Of a stretch of DNA of 64,000 bases, positions 25,356 to 38,566 are shown piece after piece. Source of the stretch: Cyanophora paradoxa CCMP329 (taxonomy: Eukaryota; Plantae; Glaucophyta). The stretch covers positions 1-64,000 of the forward strand of contig QPMI01000396.1 in assembly GCA_004431415.1 (NCBI GenBank), in the 5' to 3' direction. The position numbers and the translations under genes were made by a program. Within the stretch, counting starts at the first letter, position 1. Each line of letters begins with the position of its first letter. The notes below the pieces were generated by a model. It was not told where the DNA came from, did not search any database, and saw only the letters and a list, made by a program, of their open reading frames with translations.

Positions 25356-25869
25356 TATTTTGAATACAGTCCATATTTGGTGGATGGCTGTGTCTGAGCC
25401 CTAGTGGGGGGCGGATGTTGGCCGCTTGCGTGCTTTCCAATGTTGCGACCGCCGTCCTTCCTACCTTGGAGCCTGCAGTGGAACCGTAGGGCGTTGGGTG
25501 GCAGCGGGCGCGGGGCGCTGGAGGTGATGGGGGGCAGCATATACGAGGCGCCGGATGGCCGGTGGGGCGGGGCGCCGGCTGGGTGCCGGGAGCAGGGCCA
25601 TGGATGGCACTGCGATGTGATCAAATGTTACCGGCCCCGAACCACGGAGGTGGGGCAGTGGGGGGCGTTGTGAGTCGGGTGGGCTGGTGGCGTGCCCCTC
25701 GCAGTGGATGCCGCCGTACTTGCATGCTTGGGGGTCACAGCTAAGACATGGCAGCCGGGGCTGTGAACTGGAGTGAAAGCGGGGCAATTGCGAACAGTGG
25801 GAGCGAAACTTGCACCGGTGCTGCGAACCGGAGTGAAAGCGGTGCAGCGGGGACTGTGAACCAGAGTGA

Positions 25870-26271
25870 AAGCGGGGCCGCCGCTGCGTCCCGGCTGCCC
25901 TCGCCGCGAAGGCGCCACGAGTCGAGCTACCTGCACCCGCCCCGTCGCGCAGGGCGCGGCGAAGAAGGGCGGGGAGGCCCGCACCAAGCGAGACATTGGC
26001 CGCCGCTGCAACCCGGCCGCGCCGGCCCTGCCGCGAAGGCGCCGCGAATCGGGTCGCCTCCGTTCACCTAGCTCGTCGCGCGGGGCGCGGCGCTGAAGGG
26101 CGGGGAGGCGCGCACCAAGCGAGAGATGGGCCGTCTCTACGTTCTGGCCGCCCCCGCCGCGCGGGCGTCGCGGGTCGAGACCCCTGCCCCCGCTCCGTCG
26201 CGCGGGGCGCGGTGGCGACGGGTGTGGAGGCGCGCACCAAGCGAGAGATGAGCCGAGGCTGCGCCCCGGGT
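25870..26271. repeat. GC-rich ~120-130 bp satellite, short array
   Basis: Units contain gggcggggaggc.cgcaccaagcgaga.at; nearly identical to the last units of the 32.3-33.4 kb array. Confidence 0.85.
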
Positions 26272-26695
26272 GGCTTACTATATTCTAGTCCATGTCCTAG
26301 CTAAAGATCTTCGCATCGCGGACTGAAAGCAAGATGGCGAATAAGACTCACTCCCAGGATTCGAACCTGGGTTTAAGCGATGTGAGCAGCCGTCCGGGAC
26401 GGCTGGTCTAGATCTACGGGTACAGAATAGCCAAGCTTCAGTCCGAACCATTTGGTTGGCGCGGGTCAGCTTATCTTCGGGCGGCTTACTATTTTGTAGT
26501 CCATGTCCTAGCTAAAGATTTTCGTACCACGGACTGAAAGCAAGATGGTGAAAAAGACTCACTCCCAGGATTCGAACCTGGGTCTAAGCGATGCGAGCAG
26601 CCGTCCGGGTCGGCTGGTCTACGGGTACCGAATAGCCAAGCTTCAGCCCGAACCATTTGGTTGGCGCCGGTCAGATTCTCTTCCGGCGGCTTACC
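26272..26695 (-). ncRNA. Two tandem ~210-bp copies of a tRNA-derived / Pol III-type structured repeat
   Basis: Minus strand reads TGGCTATTCGG (A-box-like)...CAGCCG-loop-CGGCTG hairpin...CCAGG-TTCGAAT-CCTGG (perfect T-arm/B-box)-GAGTGAGTC-TTTTT (T5 run in copy 2 only). No complete cloverleaf. Confidence 0.5.
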
Positions 26696-26899
26696 ATATC
26701 GTAGGCCAGGCCTAGGTTCGTCCGGTTGCAAGCATCCGGTCATTTGCTACCGCTCACCCAGTTAGCTCTCATGTCGACAGCTAAGTTCGCGATACCTGGA
26801 TATGTTACAGTTCGCGTACGAGTGTGTGCATGTACTAGCTAAGGTATACATGCAGCCTACTCATGGTAACATGCCATTGGTTGACTGACGTGGATAGTA

Positions 26900-28117
26900 T
26901 GCGAACGACAGGTGTCCGGCTATGTATGTTACGCGCGCGGAGTGCCGCGAGAACGTTCCATCTCGGCTGGCGACGTCGGAGTTCTCCTACCAGCTGATCC
27001 ACTAGCCGTGGGCGAATCCGATATACAACAACTTGATAAACTGACGTATGCATCATTATTTACGTGGGCATTTCCTTGTGGATTCTCAAATTTAACAATG
27101 AATACATGCATGGTCGTACAGTGATCCGCCGCTCAAATTTATTGACGCGGTCATGGGCTGGTATCCTTCAGATGGAGGTACGCTTGAAACCTGTTCACAT
27201 GATCATCGTTCTTGGCACATTACCCTTCTTGTCAGCGACGACACCCGCTAGCCGCGTCCAGCATTTTTGTCTCGCATTGGTGCACTGGGACTCGAACATC
27301 CTCACTCCCATTCGGACCGGATGGGTAAGTCACATGATGTGCCGACCGTATAACTATATTTTAAATAGGGGAGCAAGGAGGGAGGGTTATCTATAAGTGT
27401 TAATCTAAATAAGTGTTAGGGCGCTATGCACAGATGACCGAGTCTCCCCGTAATTTATGTGCTCAGGATTTGATTCGATACGCTCGACAATTCCGGTTAA
27501 TCCAAGAATATTTTACGGTTGCTCAAGACGACCTGCCGCGGCTGCTTGTGCCGCCTCGTATGATAGCGTATGTCCATTGTGACAATGAGGTTCTCCCTGC
27601 ATATTTCCAACTAGCCACTGAACCTGGCATGGAAGATGCTTTCAATTCCTTGCAGGCTTGGCGACGTGTTAAGGTTCTTGTTAATATTGCTATCCAGACG
27701 TCTGATGTTGACTGACCTGTGTGCTTATGCCCGCCCTCCTAGGTTCAGCTATGTAAACAACTGCGTACTCCAAGAAGAGATAATCCGCCACTCATCGCGA
27801 GCTCCGATGTTGAACCCATATTGCGGCCGGACACCTTATCTCCCTTCTCCGAACTTAAGAACGAACCTCTGATATACGATGATGACTTGACTGCCATTCG
27901 ACGTCGTGCACATGCAAACATGGCGTTTGCGATACAATTGCGATCCATTGTATCCGAAATTCCCTTCCCAGATACCGCTAGTCTTTCAAATGATGACGAC
28001 TTAGCAGTTGTCCGTAGACGGGCGCTTTCGGAACTTGCGTTTGCGCTTCGGCTCCGGTCGTTAGTAGGAGGACTTTTCTTTCCCACGTTTTCTGATCCCG
28101 AAGATACACACGTGTAA
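26900..28117 (+). CDS. Hypothetical multi-exon protein with two C-terminal DDDL..RRRA....AFA..LRS.V repeats
   Basis: Exon-like ORFs 27413-27715 and 27821-28117 with an internal peptide duplication; start uncertain. Confidence 0.45.
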
Positions 28118-28606
28118 TCGATGATGCATATAATTTCTGATGCTGGGTTCAGGAGGTCATGGGCGTGGCAATGGGGGCGGCAGTGGGTATGTCGTTTCTA
28201 TCATTTAGGCACCAGTTCTTGCTGCGTCTGTAATCGCACTTTTTTGTTTTTGAGCGGGGTGTGCGTTGTTTTTGAGCGGGGTGAACCCTGTGAGCAACCC
28301 ACCTGAGCAGCTGGTCCTCCCTAATCCTCTTTCCCCCTCCCGCACTTATTGGTCTGCCCCTATAAATGAGGTTCTGCTGTGTGTTATTTGTGCAGATTCT
28401 GAGTGACTCACTTGCCCGTTACCCTCGCAAATGAAAACCAGTTTGCTTTATCCACGCTCACGGACCATGAATACAATTGCTACCCCAACCATGTCCGTCT
28501 ACCCCCAATACATCTCTGTATATCCACCGGTTCCCCGTCTATTTACTCGCTAAGAATTGTTCATGCCCTCGACTTGCCACCTGTTCATGTCCTCGACTTG
28601 CCAACG

Positions 28607-30981
28607 TTAATATTCCTCATCTTCTTCACCCGCGTCTTCCTGTCCCTCGACATCCGACGTGACGTCGGCGTCTTTCGTCTTTCGCGTCTTCTTGGGAGTC
28701 ACCTGAGCGTTTCCGCCGGACTTCCGCTTGGTCCCCGTTGGCTGACGTGTTTACGATTACGCCGTATTAATTGGAGGTGTCTGTGTAAACTCGTACCTCG
28801 CGCTCAGTCTGGCCCATGTGAAATGACGCCTCGCTGCCACCACGAGAGACTGCAAACGGGTTTGCCTTGAATGTGAGTAGCTGCGGCTGCATCCCCGATC
28901 CAATTGCCGCCATTGCCATCGACGAGCTCGAGTGCCCAATCGATCCAGCCCCTCCAATACCATTGAATCCACCAGTAACTGGTCCTCCGGTCCCGTTGAG
29001 GGCTAGACCACTGCCACTGTTTGCAGCTGGCCCGATCGGGAAAAGACCTGACTGTAGTTATTAGCCGGAGGTCTACATATTTATAGAAATATTGCACCGA
29101 GCCGATTGGTAGCGTTGCCAAGCGGAACGGACGCATGCATGCGGGCCTGCACGTCGGGTGTCTTGAGCGACTTCGTCACAAACCCGTCTGGGAGGCTTGT
29201 CTTCCGCTGTTCGTACTCCGCAAGTCCCATGACCTCAGAAAAGTAGCCAAACCACATTTCCACCGGCTTGCCTGCGGGTCTCTCGAACTTGAACTGCCAA
29301 GGAAGGGTGAATTTGGCATATACCACCATCGTGATATACTGAAGCACCTCGACAAACGATACGACGATGTCGGCGACGTTGTTGACGCTGTAATTGTCGT
29401 ACAGCACTCCAAGGGTGTCGAACTTGGCATCCTTTCCAAACCGAGCAGAAACTTTGCATCCGTGCTTGTCCATGCAAACATATCCATCCTCGTCCTCTTT
29501 GATAACACAATGCACATTGTCTGTGGTCTCGCAATCAGCCTAACTTGGGTATTAACGTATAGTGGAGCACACATTCGCTGAACCGATTTGATTCGCACTG
29601 CCTGTTCACACTCATGTAATCAACGGTTGCAGCCTTGAAGTCTGAGACGATTTCGTAACGCATGATAGTAAACACCGCGTGTTCCATGCTCGCCAGTTTA
29701 TGCGGCAGACTAGAAAGTCGAGGGTCCTGCACAAGTACATACACGTGTTAAAGCAGATTTCCAGAGTGTTATAGCGGAATGTACCTGTTCGTGTACGGCC
29801 TCAAATGCAATGTTCCCAACGTTACCAGAATTGATTTGAATCTCTTTCAGCATTGTGCGATCCCGCGAAATTGGCCAAGCCAATTTTTCGTTGGCCGTAC
29901 CTTTCACAAGGTAACGGGCCTTCGAGGCCCGCATGATCAAATACTGCCGCAAAAACTTCTGTGTGAGCGTAGATATGAGCGTACTACTTATGGAGCGGAA
30001 TGGCTGACCATTCCATCAATGCTGCAGCTGGTGCTCAACTGGTCGGTGATCGCGTTCACTTGCTGAACAATATCTCCCTTGGCCGCCATTTTTTCCGCAT
30101 TCTTCACGATAGCTCCTGTGAAAATACGAATTGCGATTTTGTCGCCGACCTAGGCATTGAGGGAGACGGCGTAAGCGTGCGTTGTACGTGGAACTTATGT
30201 TGATGCAACGTACCTCGTCCTCCAACGTGCCTCGGATTGAATTCGAATCAGTCCCATTCTGTCCGTTGATGCTGTGCATGTTCCCGATTCGAACGATGCC
30301 CTCGAAATCCCTGCCATCCTTCAAATCCGCGAAGGTGCGCGCCACAGTGATCCGCTTGAGAGGGCTGTAATGGTCATTAGACTCCGCCGGTTAGGTGTCT
30401 AAATTGTATGCGGAGCTTACGATATCATGGTCAACGTGTGGCCAACCGGCGGGCCGACCGCAGCGGGAGAAATCGGCGCAAGCGCGGTACTTGTCTTTGA
30501 GGTAGGGCTAACCAGCAAGCTGTGCTATCTGTCTCAATACGCGTTGAATTCCGACAATACAGTGAACTTACTGATTGCCTGATGCGACGGGGGGCTGTCC
30601 TGCGATAGCCGAGGGAACCTGCTCTCGCCCGTCCGCATCCCTGCGATCATCGAGGACCTTGTCGGCACCATCCGCGGCATGTCCACTGTCACGAATAAAA
30701 ATTAGACACAGCGCAAGGACCGTACACACCACTGGCGTTGAAAGTTTCAAAACCCACCTGGCCGCCGGAACCGGATTTCCAGAAGCTTCGGGCTTCTCAG
30801 TGACATCAATCGCTGTCTCCTCCGCCTCGGCTTCCGGCTGCAGTCCCTTCGCTGGATTACCACTCCCTTTTGCCTTTGCAGGTGGAGCTGTCGCCGACGC
30901 TTTCTTAGGCGTCTTCACACTGGCCTCCTCAGGATTATCACCTTGCGCGGCAGGGGCCGTGGTCTTGGGTTGACGGGCCAT
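28607..30981 (-). CDS. Putative tandem OB-fold ssDNA-binding (RPA/SSB-like) protein, paralog A, multi-exon
   Basis: MARQPK start; VARTFADLKDGRDFEGIVRIGNMHSING...IRGTLEDE; YLIMRASKARYLVKGTANEKLAWP; CVIKEDEDGYVCMDKHGCKVSARFG; basic NLS-like stretch and acidic tail GEEDEEY*. Collinear with 44625-47059. Confidence 0.75.
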
Positions 30982-32329
30982 GACGCTTGAAGAGGTGCAC
31001 ACCCGAGTGACCGCGGTGAATTTCAAACTTTGCTCTAACACTGCGGTATCGATTGCGTACTAACCAAAATTGCGTACACCCCGCAAAAGTTCCCGTTTAG
31101 ATTAGAATCGCTGCACCCTTGCATTGCTTGCTTCATGCTGGCGCTCTCTAACTCGCCACCGTACACCTTGTTCCCGCCCTCTAACAGATCCCGCCGGCCC
31201 TGCTGACGCCGTCTCAGGCCAGACACATGCACGACGTTCCAGACGCACCACATCTCGCGCGTATCCGCGCTGTCCGTTTGGCGAGGGCCCAGCGCTGCCG
31301 CTTTTCAACTCCGGTTACAGTCACCAAGTGCACGCTCGCGCACTTGGACATTACCCGACCTGGATTCATAGGAATGCCGACACCTTTTTCGATTGCAGCG
31401 CACGTGGCAGTACAGCCGAGATTGTTAGAAAATATCGAAGAGTGATTATACAATCCAATGATCGTGAATAGCCTGAACGGACGCAGCACACAATTCGCAA
31501 TTTGCTGCTGCTGGACGGCGGCGGTGGCGGGTCGCTTGCGATGCACCAGTGGCGGGGCGATGTGATGTAGAGCGACGGAGGTAGTGTGCGGGCAGGGCGC
31601 CCGCCATAGGCATGTCCATTGAATGACGGCGGGTGCGGGCCGCTGTCGTGTCCCTGGACGTGAAGGCCGCCGCCGTCTCTCTTCCGGAGCACGCAGCTAA
31701 GACATGGCGCCGGGGGCCGATCGCGAGAAGCCATAGTGCGCGGGAGGGCGCCGGGGGCCGAGGAGCCAGATTGCGCGGGTAAGGCACTGGGAGGTGGCAT
31801 GAGAGAGACGCTAGAGTGCGGCGCTGGCGGGGGGCCTGCGAGCAGATCGACTGGGCTGAGCTTGGGCGGGGGTACGGGTGCTTCAGCAATCTTAAGCTCT
31901 ATGGCTGCATAGCTGCCAGCACGGCTCTTACTTCGGAGAAGCCAGCTAGCATTACACTTGTATTCGTACAATTTAGTTTCCCGACCGCGGGGCGGGGTGT
32001 GGTGGGGCGGGGCGGGGCGGGGCGGGTCAGGGCGGCCATGGGGCAGGGCGGCCGCTGGGCGGGGCAGGGCGACCGCGGGGCGGGCCTGTGGGGCTAGCCG
32101 GCGCCTGATAGTGTCTGTTAGTTTATTGAGCCTCTGCAAAAATTCAGGGGTGTGCGCCCGCAAGGAATCTATAGATCTATCTTTACTGCCGCCAGGGATG
32201 GGGCCCCGCTGCCTAGATATAGTCGGCGTCTGGCATGAGAGAGACTTGCGAATCTTGCTTGCAGCTGCGGACTTGGCCTCTGTGACCGCCGCCGACGCAC
32301 CCGGGCTTGGGATTTCTGTTCTCACTTGC

Positions 32330-33439
32330 TATCCTCCGGCCGTCCCGGTCCCGCCGCGAAGGCTCCGCGAGTAGGGTCGCCTGCGCTCACCTAGTCGCGC
32401 AGGGCGCGGCGTTGAAGGGCGGGGAGGCGTGCACGAAGTGAGAAATGGGCCGCCGATGTGTTCCGACCGCCCCCGCCGCAAGGGCGCTGCGAGTCGAGCT
32501 CCCTGCATCCGCGCTATCGCGCGGGGCGCGGCGTCGAAGGGCGGGGAGGTGCGCACGACGCGAGAGATGAGCCGCCGCTGCGCCCCGGCTGCCCCGCCGC
32601 GAAGGCGCAGCGATTCGGGGCGCCTGCGCTCGGCTTCTCGCGCGGGGCGTGGTGGGGAAGGGCGGTGAAGCGCGCACCAGGCGATAGATGGGCCGCCGCT
32701 GCGTCCCGGCCGCCCCGGCCCTGCCGCGAATGCTCCGCGAGTCGGGTCGCCTGTGCTCACCTCTTCGCGCGGGGCGCGACGCGGAAGGGCGGGGATGCGC
32801 GCACCAAGCGAGAGATGAACCGCCGCTGCGCCCCGGCCGCCGTCGCCGCGCGGGCGCCGCGAGAGGTCCTCCCTGCGCCCGCCCCGTCGCGCGAAGCGCG
32901 GCGCCGAAGTGCGGGGAGGCCCGCACCAAGCGAGAGATGGGCCGCCGCTGAGCCCCGCGAGTCGGGTCGCCTACGCTCGGCTTGTCGCGCGGGGCACGGC
33001 GGGGAAGGGCGGGGAGGCGCGCACCAAGCTATAGATGGGCCGCCGCTGCTACCCGGCCGCCCCCACCGCGAAGGTGCCGCAAGTCGAGCTACCTTCGCCC
33101 GCCCCGTTGCGCGGGGCGCGGCGAGGAAGGGCGGGGAGGCCCGCACCAAGCGAGACATGTGCCGCCGGTGCAAACCGGCCGCGCCGGCCCTGCCGCAAAG
33201 GCGCCGCGAATCGGGTCGCCTCCGTTCACCTAGCTCGTCGCGCGGGGAGCGGCGCTGAAGGGCGGGGAGGCGCGCACCAAGCGAGAGATGGGCCGCCGCG
33301 GCCGCTGCGTTCCGGACACCCCCGCCGCGCGGGCGTCGCGAGTCGAGATCCCTGCCCCCGCCCCGTCGCGCGGGGCGCGGTGGCGACGGGTGTGGAGGCG
33401 CGCACCAAGCGAGAGATGAGCCAAGGCTGCGCCCCGGGT
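32330..33439. repeat. GC-rich ~120-130 bp satellite array (~9 units)
   Basis: gggcggggagg(c/t)gcgcaccaagcgagagatg.gccgccgctgc recurs at about 32417, 32539, 32659, 32786, 32910, 33007, 33129 and 33260. Confidence 0.9.
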
Positions 33440-33615
33440 GGCTTACTATATTCTAGTCCATGTCCTAGCTAAAGATCTTCGCATCGCGGACTGAAAGCAA
33501 GATGTCGAATAAGACTCACTCCCAGGATTCGAACCTGGGTCTAAGCGATGTGAGCAGCCGTCCGGGACGGCTGGTCTAGATCTACGGGTACCGAATAGCA
33601 AAGCTTCAGCCCGAC
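33440..33615 (-). ncRNA. Third copy of the tRNA-like / Pol III repeat
   Basis: Nearly identical to 26272-26445, including ccaggattcgaacctgg and the cagccgtccgggacggctg hairpin. Confidence 0.5.
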
Positions 33616-33708
33616 CCTTCAACTAATAGCCAAGCTTCAGCCCTTTTTTGGAGCTTCGAATAGTGAGGAGGCGGCTGGTCACTTCCCCTTATCGAGCGCG
33701 CCATCCCG

Positions 33709-36700
33709 ATGTCCGACGAAGATGAATATCTGGCTTTGCGGCAGGTGAGTCGCACGTGTGCACTGCGTGACTCAAATGTGCAAGCAAAGCCAGAACTTCG
33801 GAACTTGTACTAATATGGCGTCCTCTACGCGCAGCGGCAGGCTAACGCGCTTGCACACTGGAACGCAGAGAAGAAGAACGAGGTTGAAGCGTTCCGACTC
33901 GCAGCTCAAGAGGTGCGCCTTATGCCGCGCAGTGCGAGGAGGGCCGCCGCTGCGCCGCGTAATTTGAGGCGTGGTTCGTAGATAGGCAGCGTCGTCGATC
34001 ATCACCCACCGGCTGCAATGTGGAAGACACAAGAACGCCGCCGGGGGAAGCAAAAGACGCAGGGGAGGAGGATCTTCTCTGGGCATAGCGGCGCCGCGAC
34101 CGCAGCGACAAGCGGGACATCTACAGCGCCCGTGGCCCGCCCAAGCGTGGCCATTGCGAGTAGTAGCGTAGCTGCTAGCGGCCGAACGCACATGTGCTCG
34201 GCTGCAGAAGTCACAACGGTCGGTGGGCATGCACACCTTCAACCACCCCACATCGTAAAAACGGACGAGTCGCCAGCGGCGGTCAAGCCCACCGACTCGA
34301 TGCTCGTGCCTCAGCTCGCCCGCGGCATCTGCATCGCCTGCGGCGAGGAGAGCCACCAGAACACAACGAGCCCTGCTCGCGCCATCGAGAACGGCTTCGT
34401 GGTAAGAAACCTCAAGTGATTACAATATATAGCTACACTATGAATCTGACACGTGGGCACAGGGGCATGTACTTGTCTGTATGATGGAAGGAGGAGAGCT
34501 TGGCGCGAAAATTCAGGAAGCGCGCAAGGAGGTCATCGATGCGATCGACATCTTCTTTCGCGGGACTTCAGCGGGTATTGCAGTGCAACTTGCTCAAGAG
34601 CTACGACTCGTGAGAGCCAGAATCGATAGATTCCCTGAAGAACATATATCTTCGTCAGAGCAAGCGACCGATTCACTACGTACCAGGATGACCCAGCCGC
34701 TGGAATTGAACGTGTGTACTCCTGCATTTATGTTTTCGTCCAGCACGCGTTGCGGTTGGGTGGCTGACTCAAGACACAGGAAGGGAACAGTGGCACCACT
34801 GAAGACGGGACTACGTCGGTCATTGCGCATGCCGTATGCAATGCAATCAGAGACGCGAAGTCAAACGTGGAGCGCGAACTGGGCTGGTTGCAATCGGTCT
34901 CAAGGTCGATCGGGAAGCTGGAGGGTCTTGCTTTCTACCTGGCGGATGAAGTTGTCACCCTGCGCAAACTTGCAGGGCAAGCAGGGGCGCCAGAGCAATC
35001 TGGTAATCTGCATCCCGCGCCAATAGAGCTGTCGCCTACTTCAGCCCTCCGGCTTTCAGCTACTACGGCACAGAATCTTCGCACCCTCCCTTCAGAACCA
35101 CAGGATCGCGGACCACCCGTGACCAACGTATTCTTATCGAACCTCTCTCCTTTTCGCCGGTTCTGCCGATCTCATCGTCAACCATTTCGCCTGCGGCAGC
35201 TCGCCGTCCACCACCTTACACTCCTCCTATGTGTACGTTTTCCGTGCACTCATAGTTCTTTCATTTAAAGTTACTAATCTCGTTCGTACAGAGCACGGGA
35301 TTCGGTGGTGGTTGTCCATGTCCAATATCACACCATACTCTCAAGCTAGCCCCTCCAAATACACAATAGGCGGCTGCTTACGATTACGACTGAATAAACT
35401 ATACGTAGACTTGGGTTTTCCGAGCTATATACGCAGGCTATCGTTGTGGTACGAAGGTACCAGTGTTGCCTACAGTACTGTGCACAAACAATCAGGAGGG
35501 CATTGGAAATCTCTTTTGTGCGAAGCGGCAGACCGTAGTGTGCACGATGCCGGATAGCGAAGAACGTGGTGAGGTCCCGGCGGAGTCTATCGTACCAGGC
35601 GTAAACTCTGCCGCATGTGTGACCGGCAGCAGCGTACACATGCACGTTCGTAAATTTGTACGAAAGGTGAACTGAGTCGATTGTCATTGGATCACGTCTG
35701 TGCACGTGCTGCGTTTCAATGAACATCGTATGCGCTGGTCCTTTCTACGTTTGCTTGCTCCTTTCTCTTATGTTCGGGGGGTACCCTGTATCGATTTGCT
35801 TTGGTGATATCGGCTCTTTGGGATCCGCTTCCCGCGCTGCTGGTGTTCATCATCTACGCAAAGCGTGCGTATGCAACCCGCCTACTGCCTGGGTTATGCT
35901 GCGCGGGTGCTGGCACACCTTTTAGCTGGGCTCTCGTCGACGTCGGAGCGGGGCTTGCATCTCTCACACTTCTTACGCAGCTCATTCTGACGGCAGGTAT
36001 TAGAGGGCAAGACAGTACGGACTGCCTGTACGACCTTCTGGCGTCAGTCCCGAAGCCACGTCATCCGGCTCGTTCTGTCTTGCAATGAACATCACGCGTA
36101 TGACACGTAAGTTTCTCCTTCGTGGTATTTCCGACGTTACGGGTTTGAAACCAGATCTCTGTCGTAGGTTCACGAATGCAGGATCTGGTGCAGCGGGTAA
36201 AATTTTCTTTTGACGTTGGTATTATTGCCGCGTCATTGCAAAAGGACAGGTGTTCGAGAACCCTGGGATTTTCATTATTATCGCATCTTTCATATGTGAC
36301 AACCAGTACCGTGCTGTCGTCTGTGTGCTTGGTGGCGTCTGTCAGAGTTGGAGACGTATAGTACGTGTGGTTGCCGTGATTGATGCGGTACTGATGGGCC
36401 CTCGAGCTCATTTCTCTTGTCCTTCAGGCACGCAATTTCAAACCAGTGTCAGCTGTTTTTTTCGTGCAGGATGAAAGTGGACTTGTGCGCAGACCCATCG
36501 GTCAAGTTAATATAAGCGTGAATTCAATTGCGGAGGTGCGTTGTATTTCGCTAATGAGATCGCCCATGATCACCTCGGTAGCTAATGACATGATTCAGGC
36601 CGTTCGTATGCTAATATCGCATCCTAAGAAGTGTCTTCTCGAACATGTGCGTTTTCAGGGTTACGACGCTATGTAACATATACCTCACGTCCTTCGATGG

Positions 36701-38016
36701 CTCCTAGGTTTTGACAACAGTTACGAGGGTGGTGTTTATTACTTCACGTACAGAAGAAATATTCGTAGAACTCCCTCGTCTCGTGACTCATATTGGGTGT
36801 GCGGATATGCTAGTTGTCGAACTGTGCATATTTCGTGCACGTCCGTCACCGAATACGCTTTTTTTGGTTTGTTAATTCAATTTCGGCTGTTGTGTTTCTA
36901 TCTCATTTTTAATTATCAAATGAACAGGCAAGTCGGCAGGAAATGGAAATCGTACTGAAAGAATTTACGCGGAACTTACTACACGCCATGGACACTGTGC
37001 CAGCACATGTAATTCCAGCTGGATTCGGTGTCTCAGTCACGACATTATCGTCTCTGCGCACAGGCCCAACCGTTCCATCATCTACCAAAACATATATTGC
37101 TCATGCGCCACTTTTGGGGGGCTATCCGTCTGCTGCAATTTCCCATGTACGCGTCTTTTCTAAAGTCGTGAATGCTTTAATTAATAGAGCGTCCGTTGAT
37201 ATATTAAGCGCAGTTGGAGATTTGTTTGGATCCCAGAGAATCAGATCTGTTGATACTACACTCCGTCCTGGAACGACGGGAGAAGCCATTGAGTCTGGCA
37301 GGGATAGCATTGCAGTCGCAGCATTCGATATCTTCTGCAAGAGCACTCCGTCGCCATGAATCACTTGTCAGTGAAACATGGAGGCTCTCGGCTTTCATTT
37401 CACCTATATCGCATCGACTCAAGATATTCGGATTTTATATACGTATTAATGAGGACTGCCCATTGCAGTGCTGTGTGGATCCGATTGTCGATCCATTTCA
37501 ACAGAGTATACCGCCGCTCGAAGTGTGCAAGATATTGACACCGGATCCTCGCACTGGGGCCGTTACTCTGGGTATATTTGCAAGAACTTGCAATGTGCTC
37601 ATTTTTCTTGTATATATGTTTGGGTGATTTTACGTTTATTCTGTCCTTAGGCAAAGGGGATGGCGGAGTTCCGGGAATTCCGATATGCCTTTCGTTTGCT
37701 GGAATTGATTCTGGCGGAGATTTCTAAACCGTTCCTTCTGTCATTTGAAGGGTGCGTGTTACGGTAGGGACTGTGAACTGGTTTTTCATTTTTCGTTTTC
37801 ATCTGAATTGTCCTTGCTTTGTACAGATTAAATTTGTCGCATGTGGCGGGTCTTTTATTCGAGACAAGGATTGTGACATTACTGGAACGTAACCCACCCC
37901 GTCATCTCATTCTTCGTGATTGTTATAAAATGGCCAACGATGCGAGGAACGGCATTATCGATAGTTTTAGTTTCCCAGTTATTCGGACTGGGTGCCAGAT
38001 TACATACGAATCATAA
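33709..38016 (+). CDS. Hypothetical multi-exon gene(s), possibly two genes; a possible FLYWCH-like Zn finger near 36730-36830
   Basis: ATG at 33709 (MSDEDEYLALRQ|gtgagt) followed by a chain of exon-like ORFs flanked by GT/AG, ending at stop 38016. One exon can read VYYFTYRRN...YWVCGYASCRTVH. Confidence 0.45.
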
Positions 38017-38566
38017 TATTGAGTGAATGTTTGTCTGGTCAAGTACATATGCATGCATATAGAATCCTAAGCACTACTAGCCCAGTGTTCCACTGCCCCC
38101 CATCGACCCGCTGCCCCTCTGCACCCCTTCACCCCGGCCCCGAGTATCCCGTCGCCCACCAGTGCCCGCCTCTTCTGGTCTCTAGCGCCCCGCTTCCTAC
38201 GCCCCCTATCGTCCCACCCGCGCCGCCCTCTAGCACCCCGGCCCGTCACCCCTCTGCCGTCTCGCTTCCATCGGAGAGGACCAGCGGGAGACAAACCGCC
38301 TAGACTCAGTGTTCCGCCGCCCCCCAGCAACCTTCTGCCCCCCCCTCAGTACACCGTCTTCCCCCATCGACATGACCCCACTCTGACCCTACTCAGCATC
38401 CCGTCTCACACCAGCGACCTGCTGTCCCCCACCGCCCCGTCCCCGCCGCCCTTTAGCGCAAACCCTCTGTTTCTCACTTGCCCCCCCCCCCTCCTCCCCC
38501 CCCTCCCCCCCCCGCACCTCTCCGCCTCTCTAAACATCTGCAGTCGATGATTGCATTTGTAAATGC

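Noticed and set aside
26283-26332. Hammerhead ribozyme (CTAAAGA...GAAA)
   Set aside because: The core deviates from CUGANGA and stems I-III cannot be formed convincingly.
26340-26670. Functional tRNA gene (Val-CAC/Ala-CGC)
   Set aside because: Only the T-arm is perfect; the acceptor and anticodon stems cannot be paired, and the would-be anticodon differs between copies.
25400-33472. Arg/Pro/Ala-rich ORFs in the satellite and G-rich blocks (25.4-26.3 kb and 31.4-33.5 kb)
   Set aside because: Stop-poor GC-rich repeats are open in many frames and show no protein-like signal.
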